Of a stretch of DNA of 64,000 nucleotides, positions 20,238 to 31,845 are shown piece after piece. The notes below the pieces were generated by a model, which was given only the letters and a program-made list of their open reading frames with translations, ran no database searches and was not told the origin of the DNA. The stretch lies in the NCBI GenBank assembly GCA_963715335.1, contig CAVQRZ010000022.1, positions 121,559-185,558 on the forward strand, read 5' to 3'. This DNA comes from an uncultured delta proteobacterium. GTDB taxonomy: Bacteria; Desulfobacterota; Desulfuromonadia; Desulfuromonadales; BM103. Every line of letters begins with the position of its first letter. Within the stretch, counting starts at the first letter, position 1. A program made the translations under genes and the position numbers.

Positions 20238-20380
20238 TGCAAATTTTGCATGGAGCCCGCAGCCGTGTGTGTCGCACCGCTGGCTGAATCGATCCGCGTT
20301 AGGTAGGCTAATATTCTGAAATAAAAGGGTTTTTAAAGTAATTTCGTGACATGCCAAACTGTTTTGGTGTGGGTTTTGCT
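20238..20380 (+). promoter_or_regulatory. Sigma-54 promoter with candidate enhancer palindrome and IHF site
   Basis: GG-N10-GC in TGGTGTGGGTTTTGCT (20365-20380); palindrome TGCAAATTTTGCA (20238-20250); IHF-like TTTCAGAATATTA on the minus strand (20309-20321). Confidence 0.65.
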
Positions 20381-20419
20381 TAGTTAACCGGTACGCTTGA
20401 ATTCCTTACGTGTGGAGAT

Positions 20420-20836
20420 ATGTGCATGCAGAATCAAAAGTCAGGACAAGCTGGTTTCTCACTCATCGAGGTTTTGGTTGCTATAACAATCTTTACTGTT
20501 GGGTTGTTGGCGATCGCCAACCTGCAGATTTCATCCATTATCCAGAGCTCCGGGTCGAATACCCGCACTGTCGCAACATCGATCGCCAACGGGGTTATGG
20601 AAGAAATCACGTCGCGGAGTGAACTGGACCCTTCCTTCAGGACCACTGCCAGTGGCGATTGGCTTTTTGCAGAAGGGACCTCGACCGACCTGGCCCTTGA
20701 CGGTGCCGGGGGATACACGGCCACATGGAACATAACCACCAACACACCGGTCCCAAACCTTGCACGAATTTCGGTAACGGTGAGTGGTCCGCGTACCCGT
20801 ACTATCACGATGACGTCTTTCAAGAGGTTCCAATGA
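20420..20836 (+). CDS. pilV: Type IV minor pilin, PilV-like
   Basis: Prepilin motif QAG|FSLIEVLVAITIFTVGLLAIA. ATG at 20426 is an alternative start. Confidence 0.85.
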   Translation: MCMQNQKSGQAGFSLIEVLVAITIFTVGLLAIANLQISSIIQSSGSNTRTVATSIANGVMEEITSRSELDPSFRTTASGDWLFAEGTSTDLALDGAGGYTATWNITTNTPVPNLARISVTVSGPRTRTITMTSFKRFQ

Positions 20837-21714
20837 TTTCGATAACCAAAGATTCCCGGCGGCCTCTTAACCGTGAGCATGGCTTCACGCTGACTGAACT
20901 GCTGGTCACCATGGCCATAATGGGCCTGATCATCCTTGGCATGTTCGCCGTGTACCTGAACATGCAGCGCACCACCTACAACCAATCGGAGATTGTCGAT
21001 ACCCAGCAGAGTCTGCGCGTGGCCACCGACTTTTTAAGCAAGGACGTACATATGGCCGGGTTCCTGGCGCCCTCCAACATCACCGCCGTCGCAGCAGGAT
21101 CGGATACCGATACCCTGAACCTGGTGACCGCTTCAAGTGATTATATCTATGCCACTCTGGACGAAGAGCAAATCATCCCGGGGGGCAAGGTTGTCGCTGA
21201 CGATGTCGATATCGACGTCACCAGTGCCGAACAGCTCGATTTTTTTACGGTTGGCGACTTGGTCAGGATCGTCCGTCCGAACGACGGCAGCCAACCTCAT
21301 CCCAACGTCTTTACCGTTGCAGCGATTGACGACGGCAGATCGGGCGGGACGCAACCGCGCGTGACGCTGAACGGATTCAGCAATGCGACCCCGCTCAATT
21401 TTGTCGGCGGTGATATTATCGCCCGGGTGAACGCCGGCGGGCCTTACCCTTCAACGGTCTCCTGGTCGCTTAACGCGGGGAATTTGCAGAGGGTTGTCGA
21501 CGGTGGGATCAAAACGGACGTGGTTGCCAATAACATCGACAGCCTGCGGTTTGATTACCTGCTTAATGACGAAACCCAAGTCTCGCCGCCCGCCGCGGAT
21601 GAGCTGGAAGAGATCGCTGCGGTCAGGATTACCCTGACGGTCGTCGTTGCCAACCAGATGGATCAGGCGACTCGTTTGAGAAGCGTGAGCAGTCTTTTCA
21701 GAATCAAGAACTAG
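20833..21714 (+). CDS. pilW: Type IV minor pilin, PilW-like
   Basis: EHG|FTLTELLVTMAI, QQSLRVATDFLSKDVHMAG, VANNIDSLRFDY and AVRITL. ATG 20833 overlaps the pilV stop. Confidence 0.85.
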   Translation: MISITKDSRRPLNREHGFTLTELLVTMAIMGLIILGMFAVYLNMQRTTYNQSEIVDTQQSLRVATDFLSKDVHMAGFLAPSNITAVAAGSDTDTLNLVTASSDYIYATLDEEQIIPGGKVVADDVDIDVTSAEQLDFFTVGDLVRIVRPNDGSQPHPNVFTVAAIDDGRSGGTQPRVTLNGFSNATPLNFVGGDIIARVNAGGPYPSTVSWSLNAGNLQRVVDGGIKTDVVANNIDSLRFDYLLNDETQVSPPAADELEEIAAVRITLTVVVANQMDQATRLRSVSSLFRIKN

Positions 21715-21729
21715 GCAAGAGGGCATATT

Positions 21730-22278
21730 ATGGACATCGAATTGACGATAAAACAACTGTGCAGTGTCGCCTCCAGGCCAGTGGCAAGGCTTTACGCCCG
21801 CAGGCACGATGAACGCGGCATGGCCCTGATCATAGCGGTTTCGCTGATGGCCATCATGAGCCTGCTTGGTGCCATCCTGCTCTCCGTTACAACTTCCGAT
21901 ACCCAGTTGTCCGGCAACTACCGAAACCAGTACGAGGCTTTTTACGCCGCCGAGCGGGCCGTGGAATATTCCATAAGAACGGTTATCGGGACCGGGGCTG
22001 TCGATCTTTACGAGGACACGGATGACGCCGGCGTCCTGCACCGTGACCAGATCGCCGTCGGCAACAGCGGTCTGGAAGACACTTCCGGATCGACCGATGA
22101 CCGCAACACGATCGTTTATGTCGGTACCGGCACCCCCCCGAAAGGGATCGGCACCGATGCGAACCTGTTTGAGGCGAAAAATTACGTTGTGACGGCTGTC
22201 GGCGTCTCGCCGATGGGAAGTTTGCATCCTTCCCGTGCCGTAGTCCGCTCGATGGCCGCTAAAATCGTGCCCAAGTAG
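21730..22278 (+). CDS. pilX: Type IV minor pilin, PilX-like
   Basis: ERG|MALIIAV, lacking Glu5 as is typical of PilX; SGNYRNQYEAFYAAE. Confidence 0.85.
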   Translation: MDIELTIKQLCSVASRPVARLYARRHDERGMALIIAVSLMAIMSLLGAILLSVTTSDTQLSGNYRNQYEAFYAAERAVEYSIRTVIGTGAVDLYEDTDDAGVLHRDQIAVGNSGLEDTSGSTDDRNTIVYVGTGTPPKGIGTDANLFEAKNYVVTAVGVSPMGSLHPSRAVVRSMAAKIVPK

Positions 22279-22301
22279 GCCTTATCTTCAAGGAGTTTGC
22301 C

Positions 22302-22661
22302 ATGTACCGGTTTATTGTCGCTTTCCTGTTGCTCGCTTGCTGTTTCGCAAATGTGGCGTATAGCCAGGACGATTCGGATCAATCAATGCTGTACTACCGG
22401 TCGTCATCAACCTACGACGGGATCTATGCGCCGCAAAGGCTGTACCAGTACAACAGCTACCGCGAGACCTGGTTTGCCAGCAGTCAATTCAAACTCTGGA
22501 CGGAACTGAACTGCAGGGCTGCCCGCGAGGCCATCGAGCTGCGCGGCGAGTGGACCGGCAATCTGACCGACCGGGGGGCGTGCGCCGGAGATAATGAGGC
22601 TCCCACCTGGGCATCGGGGAACTATCTCAATTTCCTGAGGGCCAAGGCTCTCAAACGCTAA
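22302..22661 (+). CDS. Small secreted protein resembling an internal module of the adjacent PilY1
   Basis: RBS AAGGAG; signal peptide MYRFIVAFLLLACCFANVAYS; C..AREAIE..GEWTG.L....C......WASGNYLNF. Confidence 0.75.
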   Translation: MYRFIVAFLLLACCFANVAYSQDDSDQSMLYYRSSSTYDGIYAPQRLYQYNSYRETWFASSQFKLWTELNCRAAREAIELRGEWTGNLTDRGACAGDNEAPTWASGNYLNFLRAKALKR

Positions 22662-22713
22662 TTGCCGGATGACTCAGTCGATCCACGGTCACTTCGAGAA
22701 TGAAAGGTAGGAC

Positions 22714-25700
22714 ATGATGATACGCTTATCCCTCTCCCTGATGCTTGCCGCAGCGCTGCTGCCGGGGCTCGCCTTTGCCGGGCCGGACGACTATATCGGC
22801 GATACCGCCATCTACGGAGGCGAGACCGCCCTGGTCAAGCCGAACGTTCTGATCATTTTCGATACCTCCGGGAGTATGGGCGGCGTGATCGATACCGAGG
22901 TCTGCTACCCTGACCCGGATACCGACGATGACGGGGTCGACGATGTCGACGACAATTGTCTCGTCGTGCCCAACGCCGACCAGGCTGATGCCGATGACGA
23001 CGGCATCGGTGATGCCTGTGATGACGACACGGTCTGGCCGGACTCGGATGGCGATGGTATTGCCGACAATGTCGACAACTGTCCCCTGACGCCCAACCCG
23101 GGCCAGGAAGATACCTTTGGCGACCGACAAGGGGGATGCCTGCGAAAACGACGGCACGGGCGGATACGACCCGGATTTCGACTATACCAACGGCAGCCGG
23201 ATTGAGGCATGTGGCCGATACCAATGGTGGAATCACAGGTATGAGGAGAACTGCTACATGGATGCGATCTACCAATGCGACCGCGATGACTGGGACAGCC
23301 GGAGCGGCACCTGCTCGAGGTGGGAAGAAATCCTCCATGATGGTTTCAATAGCAATCACCGGTCTGATAACGACTGCGATGAAGTGATAGAAGCCTTGGA
23401 AACCACGGGGCAGTTCATTGGCGAGGTCAGAGTCCGCAGCAATGATTGCAGAGATTCAGACCGTAACCGTTATTTCGCCACCGGTAACTGGGTTGCCTGG
23501 TACGTCACCACTTCCGGGGGCACCGTCTTCACTGAAGGGCCGGGAATCTACGGCAGTATCGCCCAGACTGATCCGGACGCGATGCTGCAGGACGGCATGT
23601 CGACCGGTGCTCCGGCCGCAGCCGACAGTGCTGTGCCGGGACCGCCGGATGCCGCATCGTCCAGCGCCACCAGTGCGGTGGCCGGGATGATCTGCGAGAC
23701 GGTCTCGCGGCCCAAGAACTCGATCGCACGCGAAGTGGTCGAGGATATCATCAACTCCACCGCGGGTGTGAATTTCGGCATCATGCAGTTCAACGGGGAG
23801 AATGGCGGTAAAATTGCCAGCCGGACTGTCGGCGGCGCACTTTACCGGGCCGAAATCAAGGATATGGACGCAATCCATACCGGGACCACCACCAACCAGG
23901 AGGCCCTGATTGAACTCGTGAGGAATCTCCCTGCGGACAGCTGGACGCCGCTCGGCGAGACGCTGTTCGAAGCCATGCGCTATCTCAAGGGCGAAAACAG
24001 CGCCTTCCAGACTGGTGTCAGCTACGATTCACCGATCATGGCCAGCTGCCAGCAGACCTACGTGATCCTGATCACCGACGGCATGTCGACCAGGGACCGC
24101 GCTACGGTCTTAAGATCGATCTGCAGCAACGGCGACTGCGACGGTGACAGCAATGAGCCTGGCAGCTTCCCCGATGATGGCTCCGACTACCTGGACGACG
24201 TCGCCAAGTACCTGCATGACACCGACCTGTCGACCGGCGACGACGGCTACGCCGGTACCCAGTATGCCCTGACCTTCACGGTCGGCTTCGGCTTCGGCGG
24301 CGGCAACGCCGACGCAGTCCAACTGCTCGAGGATACCGCGGAAAACGGTGGCGGCGTGGCCTATCTTGCCGAGAATTACCAGGCGCTGACCGGCGCGCTG
24401 ACCTCGATCCTCGGCCAGATCCTCGAGGTCAACTCCTCTTTTGTCGCTCCGGTGGTGCCGACCAACCCCGAGAACAAGACCTTTAGCGGCAAGCGCGTCT
24501 ACCTCGGCTTCTTCAAACCGATTACCAACAACGACTGGTACGGCAACCTGAAGAAGTTCGGCTTGAGCGTTGCCGGCGACGTGGTCGACAAAAACGGTGT
24601 CGTGGCGACCGACGTCAACGGTCGTTTCCTGACGACCTCCACGTCGTTCTGGTCGACCACTCCCGATGGCAGCAACGTCGATGACGGAGGGGTCGGCAAG
24701 CTCCTTGCGGACAGGGATTTCGGGGTTTCCCCGCGCCTGATCTACACCTACACCGGCACCCAGAGCGACCTGACCCACGCGACCAACCGTTTCGCCAGGG
24801 TCGCCGTGAACCCGGCGCTGACGCCGGCGATGATGGAAGTCTCGACCAGTACCGAGAGCAACCAGATTGTCGACTACATTACCGGTTTCGATGTTTACGA
24901 TGCGGATGGGGACGGCAACACGACTGAGCGCCGCGAGTGGATCATGGGGGACATCCTTCACTCGAAACCGAACATTCAGGCCTATAACAGCTACAGTCTG
25001 GCCGACGAGGCTGATATTACCAAGAACCTGACGACCATTTATGTCGGCGGCAACGACGGCCAGCTGCACGCATTCCGCGATGCCGACGGCGCCGAACTGT
25101 GGTCATTCATCCCCCCGGCCGCGCTGCCTGACCTGCGCTTTCTGGGCAACAATATCCACAACTACTTTATCGATGCCAGCCCGAGTATTTACGTCTATGA
25201 CAAGGACCGCGACGGCAATATCGGTCCGTTGGCAGAAACGCTGGCGACCGATCACGATCTTTTCGGGGTCACTGATAACGGACTGGACGACAAAGTCATC
25301 CTTATCTTCGGTATGCGTCGCGGCGGCGGTATCGATACGCTGAACGGCAGTTTGAGCCGCGGCTCCTATTTTGCGCTTGACGTGACCAACCCGACCGCGC
25401 CGAAGTACCTGTGGGAAATCAACTCGACGACAACCGGTTTCGGTGAACTCGGGGAGACCTGGTCGCAAATGTCGTTCGCTAAAATGAGAGTCAACAGCAT
25501 CGTCAGGCTGGTGGCCTTTGTCGGCGCCGGTTATGACAACAACGAGGACATGCGCTTTGGCGACACGCAGCTTTTCCCTGACGGTTCGGACGAGTCTACC
25601 GAATCGACCCTGCGGGCCGACGATGCCACGGCGCCGGCCAGCCCCGGCACATCGTCTCAGTTCAACCCGCGTGGCCGCGGCATCTATGTCCTGGAGCTGG

Positions 25701-26736
25701 CAACCTTCAATTCCTCCGGGGTGCCCAGCTTCCATGCCAGCCCGGTCAAGCTGTGGGAGTATGTTTACATGCCGCACGGGTGAGTACGGACCCGGACAAT
25801 AACCCGACCTATTCATTCCCGACGGATATCGTCCCCCTCGATTCCGATTTCGACGGGCTTATTGACAAGCTCTATGCCGGCGATACCGGCGGCAACCTGT
25901 GGCGATTCGACGTCAAAAGCACCGTTGCCAGCAGCGACTGGTCGGCGAAAAAAATCTTCAGCGCCAACCCGAGCGATCAGGACAACAGCGTTGAAGACCC
26001 GGTCACCAACGGCCGTCGCATCCTGTATCCGCCTTCCGTGATCCTGGAAGCCGATTATATCGGTCTCTATTTCGGCACAGGCGATCGGGCACATCCTCTG
26101 AATGAGGGGACCATCGACCGGTTGTATGCTTTGTATGACCGGGAGCAGGCTACGGCCAAAACCGAGGCAGACATGGTCAACGTTACAATCGATTATCTCC
26201 AGGTCTCCGATCCTCCGGCCTATACGGGGACGTGCCCTGATGACGACAATTCGGTAATCTGTATTCTGCAGCGGCTGTACAGCACGGATAAATACGGCTG
26301 GTTCATCAAGCTGGACCAAAACACCGGTGAAAAAGCCCTGGCCCCGGCGGTGGTGTTCAACAAGGTCGCTTACTTTACGACTTATACGCCGAACTTCGTT
26401 ACCGACGACCCCTGCCTCGCGGGCAACCTCGGGGTCGGCAGGACCTACGCCGTGGACTATAAAACCGGTGAAGCAGTCTTTAACTTCGATCCGACCAACG
26501 ATGTTGAATTCGCATCCAACAACAACGACCGGGCCGAATCGACCCAGCTTGAAGGGGTTATCCTGCGACGCTCCGACCGCAGCCTGGTCATGGCCTCAGG
26601 TATTCCTTCCGGCGTCGTCATCTACGTTCGCGAGGACGGATCGACCGGTGCTCTGATCGGTTGCGGCGGCGGTATCTGCCCGAGTGATACGCTACCGGGA
26701 GGTACGGTTATCCCGATTTACTGGATGCAGGAGTGA
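22714..26736 (+). CDS. pilY1: PilY1/PilC-type pilus adhesin (vWA, TSP3 repeats, beta-propeller); two frameshifts near 23122 and 25768
   Basis: Signal peptide, MIDAS motif IIFDTSGS, TSP3-like DxDxDG..DNC..GDAC, TPLGETL, VILITDG, MGDILHS, VGGNDGQLHAF..G.ELWSFIP, GETWS, DSDFDGLIDKLYAGDTGGNLWRFD and terminal YWMQ. These are spread over three consecutive ORFs. Confidence 0.88.
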
Positions 26737-26747
26737 TAAAAACTGCT

Positions 26748-27694
26748 ATGAAAGTAACGGTATTAGTGGCCTTTCTCTGTGCTGCTTCTGTCCGGTTGCG
26801 GGTCAGATGAACCGCAACCGGGGTTGACCGACAGTCAGGGCAAGCCTCACAACCAAACGGTTTCGACCGCCGGTGGCAGCGTCAGGCAGGGCAGCAGCGG
26901 CACAGAGAGTACAGGCGCTGTCAGCCTGGATTTCCTGGCGTCCGAGGTGGTGTCGGGGAGCTTGGCCGAGGTTAATGTCTCTGGCTGCAGCGGTCGTGTC
27001 GCTTTTACCTGGTCGGTAAATGGCGCTCCAGTGGAAGGGGCAACCGGACCGCGTCTGGCCGCTGGATATTTCAAACGCGATGATGACGTCACGGTTTCAG
27101 TCTCCTGTGGCGGCGAGCGCGAGACAATCTCGGCGACGGTTTTGAACGGCCTGCCCGAGGTGATAAGGGTTAATTTCCAGGACCCGGTCATCGCCAACGG
27201 CAAGGAGATTGTCGTCGAAGCCGAGGCCACTGACCCGGACGGTGATGAGGTCGGGTTTGATTACCAATGGTTTGTAAATGGCGAGGAAGTTGCGATCGAT
27301 GGCAACCGACTCCCCGCAGCGATGGTGAGAACCGGTGAGCAGATAGACCTTACGGTTGTGCCAAGTGATTTCTACGGTGTAGGTCCTCCATACAGCGGCA
27401 AAAGCTTGACGGTCCCTAACTCTCCTCCGCACTTTGTGTCGCAGCCGCCCCAGTCGTTTCGGCTTGAGCAGTACTCTTATCCCGCTCAGGCGGTGGACCC
27501 CGATGGTGACCAAATCGTCTATCGCGTTGAGAATGGTCCTCCCGGTCTGCAGGTCGATGCAGCAGACCGGCCTTGTCACATGGGACCTTTTGGCCGCAGA
27601 ACCGGGGGCGTACACGGTTCGTATCGTTGCTGAAGACCCCGCAGGGCTGTTCTCGGCCCAGGAGTTCTCTTTCACCCTGCAATCATCGGAGTAA
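26748..27694 (+). CDS. Lipoprotein with tandem Ig/cadherin-like domains; frameshifts near 26775 and 27569
   Basis: ATG 26748 (MKVTVLVAFL) is out of frame with VLLLSGC (lipobox). Repeated N.(L/P)P and A.DPDGD motifs; C-terminus TGLVTW...AED..G....QEF lies in another frame. Confidence 0.75.
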
Positions 27695-27699
27695 TTCCA

Positions 27700-28215
27700 G
27701 TGCGCATTACAGAACAAGGGTTCTCGCTGATAGAGTTGATTGTAGTCATTTTTATGATCAGTCTCCTCATGGCGATCGGTTTGCCGGGCTTCCTCGAATG
27801 GAGGTCGCGAATCGTTTACAAGGAAAATGCGGAGAGTGTCGCAGCGGCTTTGCGTGAGGCCAGGATGCTCTCGCATTCACACAATCTCCAGTATCGGGTT
27901 GAGTTCGACTTAGCCGGTCAGCGCTACCGGGTGACACAGGGCAATCGCGCCCAGAACAGCTCTGATTTCAGTACTGTCTTTAAAAATTGGACGGCAATGA
28001 ACCCGATCCTCTTGTTGAAACGTGATGTCGATTGTGCCGCAACCGGCGACTTCAGCCTCGGCTTTAATGCCAACGGCACAGCGGCCACCAGTTATCTCGA
28101 CGGGACACCATCGTCTGATTATCTCTGTATCCTGGATGCTGGCACGATGACGGGATACCGGGTAGGGGTCTCCTCTGCCACAACGGGAAGAGCTGTTGTT
28201 GACCGTCACCCGTAA
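27700..28215 (+). CDS. GspH/FimT/FimU family minor pilin
   Basis: EQG|FSLIELIVVIFMISLLMAIGLP, ALREARM, F.ANG and TGRA. Confidence 0.88.
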   Translation: MRITEQGFSLIELIVVIFMISLLMAIGLPGFLEWRSRIVYKENAESVAAALREARMLSHSHNLQYRVEFDLAGQRYRVTQGNRAQNSSDFSTVFKNWTAMNPILLLKRDVDCAATGDFSLGFNANGTAATSYLDGTPSSDYLCILDAGTMTGYRVGVSSATTGRAVVDRHP

Positions 28216-28246
28216 AGCCGTCAGCACCAGGCTGTGTTTGTTCGCT

Positions 28247-29212
28247 ATGCAGAGAACTTTTGCGCAACTCTTGCTGTGCCTGGGCTTGATCTCATGCCTC
28301 CTTCTGGTCAGACCCCCGGATGCAAGATCAGACGCCGAGGCGCTCTATGGCAAGCTCAAAAGTTCTGCGCTCGAAGTGCTGGTCGACGGCAGATTATCCG
28401 GCAGCGGTTGTTTTGTCACTTCATATGGTTTGGCCCTGACCGCAGCGCACATCTTAAAGTCTGCAAAACAGGTTGAAGTCCTCACCAATGGCTTCGGCAG
28501 GCTGAACGCTGTTGTCGTTGCCACCGATCTCGGCAACGATCTGGCGTTGTTGCGGATTGAGCGACTGGCGGGGTTGTTCCCGCACCTTGAGCTGTCTAAC
28601 CGGGTCCCGACCATCGGCGAGTCCGTGTACCTGTTCGGCGCTCCGGTTTATCGTCATAACCTGATGGTGACGGGGCGCCTGGCGAAACCGGAGACACAAT
28701 TTGAATGGAATGAGGTCAACAAACGATACACTGAAGTCTACCCCGTCGCGGCGATGACCCCGGAAGGGTTTTCCGGTGCACCCTGGGTAGATGAAGAGGG
28801 CGAGATCGTCGGCCTGCAGAGTGGCATGCTGAGTTGGAAGGGCAGTCCAATGGGCGTCGCCTTTATGATTCCAGCGAGGGCATTGAGTCGGCTTGTCGCT
28901 GCAGTGAAGGATGTCGAAAGCCCCAGTCTTGGCGCGATCGTTGCCGACAATTGGGAACAGACCTTTCTCCAGGCTGTGGGACGTCGGAGTCCGGGGGCGG
29001 GAGTCGGTGTTGTTAAAACGTTCAGCAATGGGACTCTTGCCAACGCCGGGATACACAAGAACGAAGTTTTGCTTGGCATCAACGGCGTGAGTCTTGACTC
29101 GAGGGATCAATTACTGCATATATTGAAAGGCCACAATCTCGGTGCCGTTCTGCAGATGGATGTACTGCGTGAATCGGGGGAACGTGTCGTTGTTCCGGCG
29201 AAGTTGTATTGA
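28247..29212 (+). CDS. Secreted trypsin-like (S1C/HtrA-like) serine protease with C-terminal PDZ-like domain
   Basis: GSGCFV, LTAAH (His), DLALL (Asp), GFSGAP (Ser) and A.AGI...EVLLGING. Confidence 0.85.
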   Translation: MQRTFAQLLLCLGLISCLLLVRPPDARSDAEALYGKLKSSALEVLVDGRLSGSGCFVTSYGLALTAAHILKSAKQVEVLTNGFGRLNAVVVATDLGNDLALLRIERLAGLFPHLELSNRVPTIGESVYLFGAPVYRHNLMVTGRLAKPETQFEWNEVNKRYTEVYPVAAMTPEGFSGAPWVDEEGEIVGLQSGMLSWKGSPMGVAFMIPARALSRLVAAVKDVESPSLGAIVADNWEQTFLQAVGRRSPGAGVGVVKTFSNGTLANAGIHKNEVLLGINGVSLDSRDQLLHILKGHNLGAVLQMDVLRESGERVVVPAKLY

Positions 29213-29289
29213 CTCCAGTTATAAGATAGATGTTACGAACTTTTTTCGTTGCAAGTCTACTATCTTATCAAAATGGGATGATCTGAGAG

Positions 29290-29571
29290 ATGATGGAATC
29301 TACTAATCAGCAGCAAAACAATTTTGCTCTTCTGCTTAAAAGTATCGATGACCCGAAGCTGATTTACATGACGGCAAAAAAACTTGCCGAACTGTGGCCG
29401 GAAAACAGTTTTGTCAGCTGGAAAGCCAAGCTGGAGGGCGGTAACCCGATCATTCTGCAACGGGCAAAGAGGCGTGCGGATCTCTTGGCCCTTAAATCGA
29501 AGCTCGAAGCGATTCACGCACCCGTTGATGTCGTAGAGCAAAAGTCGATTGGCGGGAAACCCGTGTTCTAA
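29290..29571 (+). CDS. Hypothetical protein, possibly with a ribosomal L7/L12 C-terminal-like fold
   Basis: 93-aa ORF; pattern K.LAEL...KAKLE..NPIIL...ALKSKLEAIHAPVDV. Confidence 0.65.
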   Translation: MMESTNQQQNNFALLLKSIDDPKLIYMTAKKLAELWPENSFVSWKAKLEGGNPIILQRAKRRADLLALKSKLEAIHAPVDVVEQKSIGGKPVF

Positions 29572-29652
29572 AATTTTCGGGAATCGCTTCTGGTACAGCA
29601 GAGCTTGGGCGCTGTCACCCTGTGTTGTAAGGTGAGGGCGGGTTGAAAAAGT

Positions 29653-30337
29653 AACGGGAGAGCCACTAGGCTCTCCTGTTTCAGTCTGCTGACAAAGTTC
29701 AGCCAGATTACAAGATAGAGGGCAACAGATGGTTTATCTGTTGCCCTTATTCATTGGACGCTGGAATTCAAAGACAAAATCAAAACCGTCGGGGTTGCCC
29801 GACAGCAACTTCATTTTCTTTGTAGCGACAAAGAAAACGCAGCAAAAGAAAGCTTGGCGCTGCGCTGGGCATGTCTGGCTCGGTAGGGCGGCAACCTCAA
29901 TCCGGATGGTTCTAAACGATCAGAATCCTACGTTTCCCCCGCAGGAGCCGAGGCTCTTGAGAGCCTCTCCTGCTGTGGAGACTTGCGTTGATAGAGGTTG
30001 TTTTGGCTTTTCCCTGGTAGATCACACGGCAAGGTCAGGCCCTTTGACACAGGGCCGGATCCCATCAGCAGCAGGTTCTTGAAGTCACAGAAATCCGGCA
30101 AAGGAGATGCCCTCCGCAAGGAGAAGGCACTTTTGCATACTTTTGTTGCCGGACAAAAGTATGGCGTCTGGCGGGACGCGACCCGCCGGTTTTGCTTTTA
30201 AGCTTTTAAGAAAAGGAAAAAGGGCAACAGATTAACCATCTGTTGCCCTTAGCTTCAGACAAACTCCACCTGCACCTCACATGCGGAGTTTGTCAATGAC
30301 CAGAAACGGGAAGCCTCGCGACTCTCCCGTTTCTGGT
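29653..30337. mobile_element. Nested inverted-repeat, non-autonomous MITE/REP-like element
   Basis: Three nested pairs of inverted termini (29653-29696/30289-30331, 29719-29748/30220-30250, 29781-29848/30130-30194) and many internal hairpins; no transposase. Confidence 0.6.
30299..30337 (-). terminator. Hairpin immediately downstream of eno; possible terminator
   Basis: 13-bp stem ACCAGAAACGGGA / TCCCGTTTCTGGT, 15 nt from the eno stop; no strong U tail. Confidence 0.5.
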
Positions 30338-30352
30338 TAACTGCGTGGATTG

Positions 30353-31699
<1,347 letters not shown>

Positions 31700-31845
31700 T
31701 TATAGCACATCGAAACAAAATATAAACCCCTTTTTGCTGTTTTAATCGTGCTTATTACGTGAGGGATTTGATTTGCGACATACAAGGTGGTATTTTAGAA
31801 AACCCGTCACCTTAAGTCAGGTGAGAAACAACGATATTTAAGGTT

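Noticed and set aside
25781..25783. TGA in pilY1 as selenocysteine or readthrough
   Set aside because: The continuation is in a different frame, so an indel rather than recoding explains it.
29729..30201. ORFs of 117, 63 and 67 aa inside the nested element
   Set aside because: They run through palindromes, lack an RBS or motifs, and are best explained as chance frames in a repeat element.
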